Shown here one piece after another: positions 16,409 to 25,244 of a stretch of 57,647 nt of DNA; positions within the stretch are counted from its first letter, which is position 1; every line of letters begins with the position of its first letter. Both the position numbers and the translations under genes were made by a program. This DNA comes from a virus (lineage: Duplodnaviria; Caudoviricetes): the IMG/VR virus record IMGVR_UViG_3300021081_000002, positions 1 to 57,647 of that record. The stretch is one strand, 5' to 3'. Below the pieces are notes generated by a model, which did not search any database, was not told the origin of the DNA, and saw only the letters and a program-made list of their open reading frames with translations.

Positions 16409-17401
16409 ATGACCAAGGAAACTCAGCAGTGGCTAGAGTCCAACATCCGCGTCGGCTTCACGAAGCAGAGAGGGAATGCGTGGTGGTATGAGGGAGACAC
16501 TCAGAGCCACTACACCGGCGAAGTCCCCGAGGAGGAGGTCAAGCGGCTACTTGGCTTCCCAGTCGTCGAGAGCCCTGTGTACGTCAACGTCGAGCCGGAT
16601 AGCACGGGGAAGCTCGTAGTCCCTGACAAGAAGGCCATCATCCGAGGAGACACAGGGGAGGTCTTCAACATCACCGCGAGCGGCTACCAAGTACACCCAC
16701 TGACTGAGTGGCTGTATGACAGCGTCTACCAGATGCTAGACGGCGGGGTAGGGGTCGGCAGTGTTGGACTCCTGAATGGTGGCAGGGTCGCCTTCGTTCA
16801 GATGGAGCTGCCAGAGAACCAGCGGGGCCCTAACGGCGAAGACTTCCGACCGTTCGTAGCGGCTACGACCTCACTGGACTCCTCACTGGCAACTGAGTAC
16901 CAGCGGGGGACGACTCGGATCGTCTGCGACAACACCCGTAGTGCGTTCTTCGCCCATGGTGGTGGGCTGAAGAAGCGGCACACCAAGAACTCAAGTGTGA
17001 AGCCTCAAGAACTGCGGGACCACCTCGGGATCGCACTTGAACAGATCTCCGAGGACTACATCGCAGAGATCGAGGCGCTGACCTCGAAGGACGTCAGTGA
17101 GCGACAGTGGGCCGCGTTCCTCAACGAGTACGCGCCTATCCCCGAGAACCCCGGTAGGGGCCAGACGATGGCCAGGAACAAGCAGGACGCCCTCATGGGG
17201 TTGTGGGAGTCCGATGACCGAGTACCAGCGGGGACGGAGTGGGGAGTGCTGCAAGCCGTCAACACCTACAACCAGCACGTCCGAACCGTGAAGGAGGTCG
17301 ACAGGGTAGAGCGGAACTACATGAACCTCCTAGAGGGCAAGACCGCGAAGGAGGACAGGACGACACTGGAAGTGTTGGATCGGGTACTGTCGCGGGCGTG
17401 A
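16409..17401 (+). CDS. DUF932-family phage/plasmid protein
   Basis: G.LNGGR.AF, TSLDSS, TRIVCDNT, RHT, GTEWGVLQAVNTY. AAGGAGG RBS. Confidence 0.85.
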   Translation: MTKETQQWLESNIRVGFTKQRGNAWWYEGDTQSHYTGEVPEEEVKRLLGFPVVESPVYVNVEPDSTGKLVVPDKKAIIRGDTGEVFNITASGYQVHPLTEWLYDSVYQMLDGGVGVGSVGLLNGGRVAFVQMELPENQRGPNGEDFRPFVAATTSLDSSLATEYQRGTTRIVCDNTRSAFFAHGGGLKKRHTKNSSVKPQELRDHLGIALEQISEDYIAEIEALTSKDVSERQWAAFLNEYAPIPENPGRGQTMARNKQDALMGLWESDDRVPAGTEWGVLQAVNTYNQHVRTVKEVDRVERNYMNLLEGKTAKEDRTTLEVLDRVLSRA

Positions 17402-17417
17402 TACCGTGAGTTAACCG

Positions 17418-17445
17418 TGGGGGCGTCGGGAAACCGGCGCTCCCA
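17418..17445 (+). terminator. GAAA-capped GC-rich hairpin (terminator or processing site)
   Basis: GTGGGGGCGTCGG-GAAA-CCGGCGCTCCCAC. Confidence 0.5.
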
Positions 17446-17469
17446 CTCTCTATTTGCCGAGGGGTATTG

Positions 17470-17715
17470 ATGGAGACAGATCAAGACGAAGAAGTCGAAG
17501 AAGCCACTGTCGACTCCGATGAGTACGAGCACGCATTTTGCTCTGTTTGTAACGACTTGAGTTGGGCGACGCTCGCGGCCATCCAACCGGGTGATGTCCT
17601 ACTGACGATATGCGGTCTGAGACGGCCTATAAGGAACAAACTCCCGACGTGCCCCACTTGCCTACCGTCTTGGCGTACGATGACGTGTATGTTCCACTCA
17701 AGGGGGCAAACGTGA
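17470..17715 (+). CDS. Small Cys-rich hypothetical protein
   Basis: HxxCxxC...CG...CPTC. GAGGGG RBS. Confidence 0.55.
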   Translation: METDQDEEVEEATVDSDEYEHAFCSVCNDLSWATLAAIQPGDVLLTICGLRRPIRNKLPTCPTCLPSWRTMTCMFHSRGQT

Positions 17716-18071
17716 GGTGGTGTGTGATCGAGGGGTACCCGAACTACCAGATCAGTGATCGCGGGACGGTGCGCGGTCCAAGAGGGGTCTTGAAGCCATG
17801 GCTACAGAAACGTGGAGGGTATCCTGCCGTCAGACTCAGCAAGGGCACCTATGCCAGTCAAAAGAACTGGTGCGTGCACACACTCGTTGCTAACGCATTC
17901 CTTGGACCTAAGCCTACGTCGAAGCACGAAGTCTGCCATCGTGACTCTAACCCTACCAACAACCGTGTCTCTAACATATACTGGGGCACTAGAGCAGACA
18001 ACGTACGCGATGCTATGAACCGGGGCACCGCATTCAATGTAGGTCGGGATGGTGGAAGATGGTCAAAGTAG
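17712..18071 (+). CDS. NUMOD4-HNH homing-type endonuclease
   Basis: EGYPNYQISDRGTVR, VHTLVANAF, VCHRDSNPTNNRVSNIYWGT. Overlaps the dnaE start. Confidence 0.88.
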   Translation: MRWCVIEGYPNYQISDRGTVRGPRGVLKPWLQKRGGYPAVRLSKGTYASQKNWCVHTLVANAFLGPKPTSKHEVCHRDSNPTNNRVSNIYWGTRADNVRDAMNRGTAFNVGRDGGRWSK

Positions 18072-21000
18072 ACCCGTTCGTTCACCTACACAATCACAGC
18101 GGCTACAGCCTGCTAGATGGGTTGAGCAGTATTGAGTCGATGGTTAATGAAGCCGTGAAGCTTGGTCAACCAGCCATAGCATTGACGGACCACGGGAGTA
18201 TGGGAGGGGCTTATGAGCTATGGGACAGATGCCGCCGGGCAGGGATCAAGCCGATCGTCGGAACGGAGTTCTATGTCAGCCCAGGAGATCACCGAGACAA
18301 GAGCAAGATTCGATGGGGTACTGAGGAACAACAACGAGAGGATGTCGGAGGCGCAGGAGCTTATACGCATCTCACGGTCCTCGCTACTACAGCTGGAGGG
18401 CTTAGAAATCTCTTTGCCCTACACGCTGCGTCCTTCGCTGAAGGATTCTATTCGAAGCCTCGAATCAGTCGCAACGCTCTTATCAATCTATCAGACGGAC
18501 TTGTTGTGCTTTCTGGATGCCTTGGAGGTGAGTTCCAGACTCGACTGAAGCTCGGCCAGGTGGGAGAGGCAAAGAGATACGCCGCAGAGATGCGTGACGC
18601 CTTGGGGGATAAGTTCTACATCGAGATGATGGACCACGGGCTGGAAGTCGAGGACACCATCAACCCGCTTGTATTCTCGATTGCTCAAGAGCTAGATATC
18701 CCAATAGTGGCCACCAACGACAACCACTACACCCGAGAGGCTGACAGTGACATTCACGACGCTCTACTTTGCCTCCAAACTGGCCAGAGGGTTGCGACAA
18801 AGAAACGGTTTAGGTTTGATGGCGCGGGATATTACCTACGCAGTCGAGAGGAAATGTCTGCGCTCCCTCTACCGGACTCAGCACTACAGAGAACTTGTGA
18901 GATCACTGATCGAGTTGGATCGTACGACTCAGTCTTCGAGGAGGACGTCAGACTCCCAGGACTAGGGGACGACAACAAACTCATCCGACAGACCGTAGCC
19001 GACTGGCTCTACTGGAAGCTAGGGGTTGACGGCGCCACCGAGTACAGGACCTACGAACAACGAGCGGAGTACGAGCTTGACACAATCATCGGGAGAGGGA
19101 CGGCTGGATACTTCACCGTCCTGGCTGACGTTGTCGCCAGAGGAAAGGATCGCGGCATACGAGTTGGCCCGGGGCGCGGTAGTGCGGGAGGCAGCCTTGT
19201 CGCATATGCACTGGGAATTACAGAGCTTGATCCAATACGCGAGGGACTACTCTTCGAACGATTTCTTAACCCCGCGCGAGTTGGACTACCTGACATCGAT
19301 ATTGACATCCCTGACGACCGCAGAGACGAGTTTATCGAGATTGTCCGGGAAGTTCACGGCAACGACAACGTAGCGCAGGTTGGGACGTACGGAACGGTGG
19401 CGTCGAAGTCTGCGATACACGACGCAGCCCGCGTACTCGGCCACTCACGCGACTTCTCCAACACCCTCGCTAGTCAACTACCCCCGGCTCGATTTGGTCG
19501 GTTACCGTCGCTCTCAGAGCATCCGTATTGGTCAGACCCAAGTCCGACGGGGCCAACACGAGAGACGATGGAGCTTGCGGCAGGACTTGAATCTGCGATC
19601 AGGTCCAAGGGTGTGCACGCTGCGGGGGTAGTCGTCTCACCGACTCCACTCGCCAACCAACTGCCGTTGTGGATACCGACGGGGGAAACAGGATGGGTGA
19701 CAGCGTTCAGTAACCCGAACGACTACCCCATCCTTGACAAGATGGGGATTCTGAAGTACGACGTGCTTGGACTGAAAACACTAGGAGTAATCGATGAGTG
19801 CTTGCGCATGGTGGCCCCCAGGGACGTGCAGTTGCCCAGTGCATCAGCCGACTGCACAGACACTAAGACCTTCGAACTCCTCCGCTCCGGACACACCCTC
19901 GGAGTCTTTCAATTGGATAGCCCCGGGATGCAACAACTACTGAGAGCACTTAAACCAGATAGGTTCGCAGACATTTCTGCCTGCCTCGCTCTATACAGAC
20001 CAGGACCAATCGGGGTCAACGCACACCACAGCTATGCCAAACGCAAGAATGGACGAGAACGGGTTAGCTATCCTCACGGTGAGTTGGAAGAAGCTCTACG
20101 ACCAGTTCTAGAGGACACCTACGGGTTGATCGTCTACCAGGAACAAGTGCTCGAAACCCTGAGAGTTGTGGGAGGGTACGACTACGCATCCGCTGGGTTG
20201 ATATTCGATGCAATGAGGAAGAAGAACACCGAGAAGATGCTGGCTAGTAAGCCAGACTTCTCTTCACGGATGAAGGCAGAGGGTTACAGTGAAGACTGCT
20301 GTGAAGTTCTATGGGCCACGCTGGTTCCATTTAGTGATTATTCCTTCAACAGAGCACACACCACGGGGTACGGCTTGGTTGCGTATTGGACCGCGTACCT
20401 CAAAGCGAACTATCCGACTGAGTATATGGCCGCGCTTCTCACTCGTACGCCACCGACGACGAAAGATGGGGTAAAGAAAGCCCATGAGTACATCAATGAA
20501 GCGGAGAGGATGGGTATATCGGTATTATCTCCCGACATCAATGAATCATCCGCTGGATGGACTCCGACCTCAACCGGAATTCGTTATGGACTTACCACCA
20601 TCAAGGGTGTGGCAGACAAAGCTTTCGACGCGCTTCAAACGAAGCGACCATACAAATCTCTGGACGATATGCTGCGAAGAGCGCCGGCTAAAGCGCTTAA
20701 CGTCGGCGTACTGCGGAGTCTTGTCCGGGCGGGCGCGGTGGATAGTCTGGAGGACAGACGAGAAGAACTTGACCTGGATCTTGAGAGTCTGGTTGAACAG
20801 GCATTAGCAGAGAGGAAGATGAGGTCAAAAGGTCAGGTTGGGATCTTAAGCACTACGTACACGGCAAGCTCTCGTGGGTTGTATTCGAAAGGAGGGAGAC
20901 AAGAATGGGAGATGGATCTTCTGGGAGTGCACCTGACCCAGACGGAGATAACACTACGGCTGTCACGGTGGTTGACTCCCGAGGAGTTCGAGTATCTGAA

Positions 21001-21148
21001 TTCCGTATGTTCGGAGCACCCTGGATCGAGTCCATTACACTTAAATATCGGCAAGATTCTGTTGAGGGGGATCGCGATGGTTGGTTGGTCCGAGTCGATC
21101 AAGAGGGCTTTCACCTCACTCGGGGTAATAGAGGTGACTGAATCATGA
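18059..21148 (+). CDS. dnaE: DNA polymerase III alpha subunit (family C, DnaE-like)
   Basis: PHP domain HLHNHSGYSLLDG/TDHG, GPGRGSAGGS, FERFLNP, catalytic PDIDID, KYDVLGL, YSFNRAH. Confidence 0.96.
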   Translation: MVKVDPFVHLHNHSGYSLLDGLSSIESMVNEAVKLGQPAIALTDHGSMGGAYELWDRCRRAGIKPIVGTEFYVSPGDHRDKSKIRWGTEEQQREDVGGAGAYTHLTVLATTAGGLRNLFALHAASFAEGFYSKPRISRNALINLSDGLVVLSGCLGGEFQTRLKLGQVGEAKRYAAEMRDALGDKFYIEMMDHGLEVEDTINPLVFSIAQELDIPIVATNDNHYTREADSDIHDALLCLQTGQRVATKKRFRFDGAGYYLRSREEMSALPLPDSALQRTCEITDRVGSYDSVFEEDVRLPGLGDDNKLIRQTVADWLYWKLGVDGATEYRTYEQRAEYELDTIIGRGTAGYFTVLADVVARGKDRGIRVGPGRGSAGGSLVAYALGITELDPIREGLLFERFLNPARVGLPDIDIDIPDDRRDEFIEIVREVHGNDNVAQVGTYGTVASKSAIHDAARVLGHSRDFSNTLASQLPPARFGRLPSLSEHPYWSDPSPTGPTRETMELAAGLESAIRSKGVHAAGVVVSPTPLANQLPLWIPTGETGWVTAFSNPNDYPILDKMGILKYDVLGLKTLGVIDECLRMVAPRDVQLPSASADCTDTKTFELLRSGHTLGVFQLDSPGMQQLLRALKPDRFADISACLALYRPGPIGVNAHHSYAKRKNGRERVSYPHGELEEALRPVLEDTYGLIVYQEQVLETLRVVGGYDYASAGLIFDAMRKKNTEKMLASKPDFSSRMKAEGYSEDCCEVLWATLVPFSDYSFNRAHTTGYGLVAYWTAYLKANYPTEYMAALLTRTPPTTKDGVKKAHEYINEAERMGISVLSPDINESSAGWTPTSTGIRYGLTTIKGVADKAFDALQTKRPYKSLDDMLRRAPAKALNVGVLRSLVRAGAVDSLEDRREELDLDLESLVEQALAERKMRSKGQVGILSTTYTASSRGLYSKGGRQEWEMDLLGVHLTQTEITLRLSRWLTPEEFEYLNSVCSEHPGSSPLHLNIGKILLRGIAMVGWSESIKRAFTSLGVIEVTES

Positions 21149-21348
21149 AGCCTCCTATCGGACAACGGGTGAAGCACTCTCTCGACGGCGCCAGTGCTGT
21201 TGTCGTCGAGTGGGATATCTGTAACTACTCCGGAGAGTACTGGGATGACTGGAAGGGAGTAGTCGAGTCGCACGACGAAACCGTAGTAGTTCTATTTGAC
21301 GACGACGACAAGGCCACACTACAACGAGTAGCATTTCTACGCTGGTAG
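21145..21348 (+). CDS. Small hypothetical protein
   Basis: ATGA overlap with dnaE. GAGGTG RBS. Confidence 0.55.
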   Translation: MKPPIGQRVKHSLDGASAVVVEWDICNYSGEYWDDWKGVVESHDETVVVLFDDDDKATLQRVAFLRW

Positions 21349-21481
21349 GCGCCTGCTACAATAGGTGGAGACGTCAACTCCAGGGCAGCGGGTTCTACTC
21401 TCTCCCCGCGTGGCAATCGGTTAGTCCAGCCCCGATGCTCATAATGCTGGACACAAACCCTCTTAGTGAAAAAGATGTTCA

Positions 21482-21545
21482 CCCTTCGAAGCTTGATGGA
21501 AGAGCACGAAAGTGTTAGTTGGTTCGAATCCAACCGAAGGGACTA
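21482..21545 (+). ncRNA. tRNA-like RNA lacking a canonical anticodon arm
   Basis: Acceptor CCCTTCG/CGAAGGG, D arm GCTT-GATGGAA-GAGC, T arm GTTGG-TTCGAAT-CCAAC. Only 12 nt lie between the D and T arms. Confidence 0.7.
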
Positions 21546-21567
21546 GTTGTACATAAGAGAGGGAGTT

Positions 21568-22023
21568 ATGAGTGATTCAGTCGTAGTTGCACTCATTGTC
21601 GGGTCCTTTACTATTATGGGGCCACTAATCTTAGGATGGTATCAATACAGAGCGCTCCAAAAAGCTAAACTCCAGGATTATGCTCACCAAGAACTGTTGT
21701 CCGCAATTGCGACCAACAAACTCGACCTTATTCAAAACACAGTCACATCGAAGATGAGTCAAACGATGCAAGCGGAATTAGATTCCACTATCCGTGAGCT
21801 GGTCGTCATCCGAGAGGTAGCAGCCCTGCACCGAGCGGCGGGGAACCCCATCGACTACGATGCCATCGTAAACGCCGATGTCGCGAAGCGCCGTATCCAC
21901 GAACTAACCTCTATACTCGCCGATCGAGCAGAAAACCTAAAACAACAACTGCCACAACAAACTGACGGTCAGGATGAATCCGACAAATCCAACGAGGTAC
22001 TTCCCACCGTCACCAATTCCTGA
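21568..22023 (+). CDS. Membrane protein (N-terminal TM plus helical domain)
   Basis: Hydrophobic residues 4-25. GAGGGAG RBS. Confidence 0.6.
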   Translation: MSDSVVVALIVGSFTIMGPLILGWYQYRALQKAKLQDYAHQELLSAIATNKLDLIQNTVTSKMSQTMQAELDSTIRELVVIREVAALHRAAGNPIDYDAIVNADVAKRRIHELTSILADRAENLKQQLPQQTDGQDESDKSNEVLPTVTNS

Positions 22024-22362
22024 ACTATGACTCTGCTGAGAGACTACTATCTCTCGGAGTTCGTTGATCTTCTCGGTCAGCGCAGACATGCGTTGCTCGG
22101 CCTCCGTCCGGGGCATCATCGTTGAGATGATGTCCTGGTACGCCTGGCGGAACTCATTCACTGACTCGAACCGCTTCTCGGATGCCATCTCAGCCTTCAA
22201 CACCGCTTTCTCGGCCGCTGCGATGGCAGCGACGACCGCTTTCTCCTGAGCCTCGAAACGTTGCTGGTATCGCCGGTCCATCTCGCTGAGCATGGCGGTG
22301 AAGTAGGCGACGATCGTTACCTCTCCTTCACCCCCAACGGAACCTTCAGCAGTTGTGGGCAC
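21937..22362 (-). CDS. Coiled-coil protein with C-terminal TM (type often found near actinophage lysis genes)
   Basis: RFEAQEKAV...AVLKAE.ASEKRFESVNEFR. AAGGAGG RBS. Confidence 0.7.
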   Translation of the reverse strand: MPTTAEGSVGGEGEVTIVAYFTAMLSEMDRRYQQRFEAQEKAVVAAIAAAEKAVLKAEMASEKRFESVNEFRQAYQDIISTMMPRTEAEQRMSALTEKINELREIVVSQQSHSSGIGDGGKYLVGFVGFILTVSLLWQLLF

Positions 22363-22533
22363 GTGGCCTCCTTAAGGGTCAGGAAGTAGGACATTAAGGG
22401 GGATAGTGGTCAGGGTGATGGGCGTCAGTCTGAGGGCTGAAATGTCCCTGAAATTGGGGGACCCCTAGTTTTCCTCGCTGAAGCCGTTTTAGTCGCTTAG
22501 CGTGGCTCTCAGCGGGCTACAGGGCATGTTCTG

Positions 22534-22746
22534 TCACGACGCGGGGAGTCCAGCCGCACGCGCTATCTGGATGGGGGACATCCTGTCGGTGACGCTGGTG
22601 GGCTGAGAAGCGAGGTAGGCGTCTACCTGCCTCATCGCTCTCAGTGCAGTGACCCCGTCGGCGGAGAAGATCGCTTGATTCCGGAGGTGCCGGCGCGCAG
22701 TCTCCTCGGTCCAACCTGTCTTCGACACCCAGGGGTTGTTATTCAC
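22534..22746 (-). CDS. Hypothetical protein
   Basis: Coupled to the HNH gene stop. Confidence 0.45.
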   Translation of the reverse strand: MNNNPWVSKTGWTEETARRHLRNQAIFSADGVTALRAMRQVDAYLASQPTSVTDRMSPIQIARAAGLPAS

Positions 22747-23056
22747 GCTTCCTACCTCTCCTCGCCTCGGCCTTGGTCTTAATCTGGTGACAACTGTAGC
22801 ACAATAACTGCAAGTTTGTCAATGCATCACTGCCACCCGAAGCACGGTTGACGATGTGATCTAGTTGTAACCTCTGTCTTGAGCCGCACTGTCTGCACCT
22901 TTTGCCGTCTCTCTTCTCTACCGTCCGTTTCAGCTTCACCCAGTTGCTAGGGAGCGTGGACTGTGACGCACGCCACCCTTTCGGGTGGGTGGGGCAGGGC
23001 AGGAAGTTGCCGCAATCTTTTGGACACCGGCGCCGGGCTCTGGGAATCTCCACCAC
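22739..23056 (-). CDS. HNH endonuclease (packaging-associated, HK97 gp74-like type)
   Basis: RD.xxCxxC...DHI.....GG.D...NLQLLCxxCH..KT. GGAGG RBS. Confidence 0.85.
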   Translation of the reverse strand: MVEIPRARRRCPKDCGNFLPCPTHPKGWRASQSTLPSNWVKLKRTVEKRDGKRCRQCGSRQRLQLDHIVNRASGGSDALTNLQLLCYSCHQIKTKAEARRGRKRE

Positions 23057-23077
23057 CTCCAGGTCGTTGGACAGTGT

Positions 23078-23350
23078 ATGAACGACACCACTGAGAAGTT
23101 GACGCCCCTCCAGCGCCGCATAGCGGCCTGGGAGCTACATGACCGAGGGATGTCCCAGAGATGGATCGCGAGGACCCTCGGGGTCGGGAAGTCGACCATC
23201 GGAAATGATCTACGGAAGCGAGTCATGCCGGAAGGAGAGCGGAGTGGGCAAGCTAGCGAAGAAGTTCGAGGAGGTAGTCCGGAAGCTCAACGACGAGATC
23301 GAGGGGGCGAAGCAGCGAGCCCGGGAGGAGAGGGAGAAGCAGCGTCGTAG
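23078..23350 (+). CDS. Helix-turn-helix protein
   Basis: GMSQRWIARTLGVGKSTIGNDL. Confidence 0.65.
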   Translation: MNDTTEKLTPLQRRIAAWELHDRGMSQRWIARTLGVGKSTIGNDLRKRVMPEGERSGQASEEVRGGSPEAQRRDRGGEAASPGGEGEAAS

Positions 23351-23354
23351 CTGA

Positions 23355-23789
23355 TCACCACAACGACCCTCCGGGCCACACCACACGACCGATGCAGTGG
23401 TCGTCGAGCAACTGGGTGCAGTCGGTGCACGGTGCTCGCGTGATGTACGCGGTGGTGTGCTCGGAGTGGTCCATCCACGCTCCGAGCGGGTAGCGGTCAG
23501 TGAACCGTTCCATCAGGTTGAACTCAGCGTGATACGCGATGCAGTTGGCGTAGGTCCCACCAGCAGCGAGTTGGTCATACGTCAACAAACCCCTCGGACA
23601 GGCACCTTCGAGACACCCTGGGACACCAGGGTCAGTTCCGTTGTAGGACGTAGCGAGGATGTGATGACTGCGGTTGTCCATCAGCACAGCACCGACGAGG
23701 CTACGACGGCAGTCACCTCGGGTGCCTGCTGCGGTTGCGAGGATGAGACCGTACGAGTCCCAGTCCGGTCGTCCTTCGAGGGTGTGCAT
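23355..23789 (-). CDS. Deoxycytidylate (dCMP) deaminase
   Basis: RPDWD, C.R..VGAV, YNG, HAE.N, PCxxC. Start placed at ATG 23789. Confidence 0.9.
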   Translation of the reverse strand: MHTLEGRPDWDSYGLILATAAGTRGDCRRSLVGAVLMDNRSHHILATSYNGTDPGVPGCLEGACPRGLLTYDQLAAGGTYANCIAYHAEFNLMERFTDRYPLGAWMDHSEHTTAYITRAPCTDCTQLLDDHCIGRVVWPGGSLW

Positions 23790-23864
23790 GTCGCCTCTGT
23801 CTGATTCGCAAAACAACGCATTATAATAAGGAAGCGCGCCCCCGGCGCGCAACAAGATCCGGGG

Positions 23865-24035
23865 GAGCCGTTTCCTAGGGAAGCCTCTCGGCTTCTTCCC
23901 TGAGGTATCCGTTAGCTTCACTGAGTGAGGTAGTCCCTGAGTCGAACAGGGTCAACCTTCCAAAGTCCTCACCTAGTGCCCGTTGGTAGGCTTCCACTGC
24001 TACCAATCAGCGTACCGTAAGAGTTTCCCCCTCGG
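23865..24035 (-). ncRNA. Candidate structured RNA with a T-loop arm
   Basis: CCCTG-TTCGACT-CAGGG arm nested in GTGAGG/CCTCAC and CGCTGA/TCAGTG stems, a TTGGTAG/CTACCAA hairpin, and GAAA and GAGA tetraloop hairpins. Confidence 0.5.
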
Positions 24036-24065
24036 CTTAAGTATTAGGTGTCCAGGTGAGAATAT
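24035..24065 (-). promoter_or_regulatory. Conserved intergenic motif, copy 2
   Basis: Matches 10724-10754, including an exact 14-bp core. Confidence 0.5.
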
Positions 24066-24107
24066 ACGGCATAGCCGGCGAAACTATGACATCTGAGAGG
24101 TGATACG

Positions 24108-24380
24108 ATGACACCCATGGACACCGTCAACGCCCTCTGCGACCACCCCCTGTGCCCTGCTGCGGGGACCGTGCTGACCGCCAAACCGGTTGGTGCCGAC
24201 GACTTCTCTGAGCTGTTGTGGTGCGCCCACCACTACCGGGCGCAAGAGGTGATCTTGAAGACTGCGGGGTTTGAGGTTGTCTCAAGTACAGACGACTGGA
24301 TAAACGACACCAAACGGGAGGAAAAGGATGACCACCCAGGAACTACACCAGATGTCCATCCGGACTACCGGGGACCGTAG
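24108..24380 (+). CDS. Small Zn-binding hypothetical protein
   Basis: CD...C...LLWCAHH. GAGGTG RBS. Confidence 0.6.
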   Translation: MTPMDTVNALCDHPLCPAAGTVLTAKPVGADDFSELLWCAHHYRAQEVILKTAGFEVVSSTDDWINDTKREEKDDHPGTTPDVHPDYRGP

Positions 24381-24764
24381 CCAGTGCTCCAGGTGCTTCG
24401 GCTTCGTTGATGACTACAGACACATCGGTCCCGACACCCTTTACGGACCGCCGGTAGAGGCGCTACACTCTGATCACGGCAACCAACACACGACTAGGAG
24501 TGGTGAAGGTGGCAGACCAGTGGGAGGGTGATACCCCGAGGAAGCGCTTGAGGAAACCTCCGCCCCCACGAGCGAGAAGGCAGGTTTTGAACAGTTGCGG
24601 CTGTTATGTCTACTACTGCCGCGACTATCCCATTCCAGCCCCGAGATGCAAGGTGCTATGCGCAAATTGCGGAGAGAGTACTACGGTCCAGTCGTGGTTG
24701 GGGCTGTCCTCGGCTTCACGGCCTCCGTCCCGATTTTCTCCTTCATCCTGAGAGGTATAGACCA

Positions 24765-25244
24765 GTGGCAAACGACATCGCATTCGAGGAAACACTCCAC
24801 CAGATCGAAACGGGGGACATCCTCTTCAACATGGATTCCTTCTACGAGCCGGCGAGTGATCACGCCTGCCAGAGCAAGGCTTGCCTGGCTGGTCAGGCAG
24901 CTATCGCAGCGGGGCACTACGAGTCGTACGACACCGAAGACGGCAAGCGGTTTCTCCAGCCGGCGAAGGGCGGGACGTGGGCAGAGTGGGGGCGGGAAGT
25001 CCTCGGGTTGACTCGCGTCGAGGCAGAGATCCTCTTCTATCACTCGATGGAGGTCACGACCCCCGAAGAACTCCGCGAGCGGTGGATCGCAGTGACGAAA
25101 AACGGCGTCACCACCGACATGAGCACGGAGAAGGACATCGGCGAATTCTTGAAGACCTACTACACCGTCCTCGAAGAGACCGACGACCCGAATGCGGCTT
25201 ACGCCGCCGCCGTCCGGGTCGGCCAAGAGGTGGCAGTGGGGTGA
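24765..25244 (+). CDS. Hypothetical protein
   Basis: FNM..F...C.S.ACLAG...LGLT..EA..LF pattern. GAGG RBS before GTG 24765. Confidence 0.6.
   Translation: MANDIAFEETLHQIETGDILFNMDSFYEPASDHACQSKACLAGQAAIAAGHYESYDTEDGKRFLQPAKGGTWAEWGREVLGLTRVEAEILFYHSMEVTTPEELRERWIAVTKNGVTTDMSTEKDIGEFLKTYYTVLEETDDPNAAYAAAVRVGQEVAVG

Noticed and set aside
18059-21148. Intein or intron in dnaE
   Set aside because: The ORF is continuous and compact, with no C...HN intein termini or LAGLIDADG block.
21482-21545. Functional decoding tRNA or canonical Y RNA
   Set aside because: There is no anticodon stem-loop. The arm order is that of tRNA rather than the permuted YrlA layout, and no Ro/Rsr gene was seen.
23078-23350. 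Immunity repressor / lysogeny module
   Set aside because: Only a short HTH is present. No integrase, ParAB or multi-copy stoperator-like motif was recognised.
23790-23921. N-terminal extension of the dCMP deaminase
   Set aside because: The family motif starts at RPDWD just after ATG 23789, and the extension overlaps a structured non-coding region.
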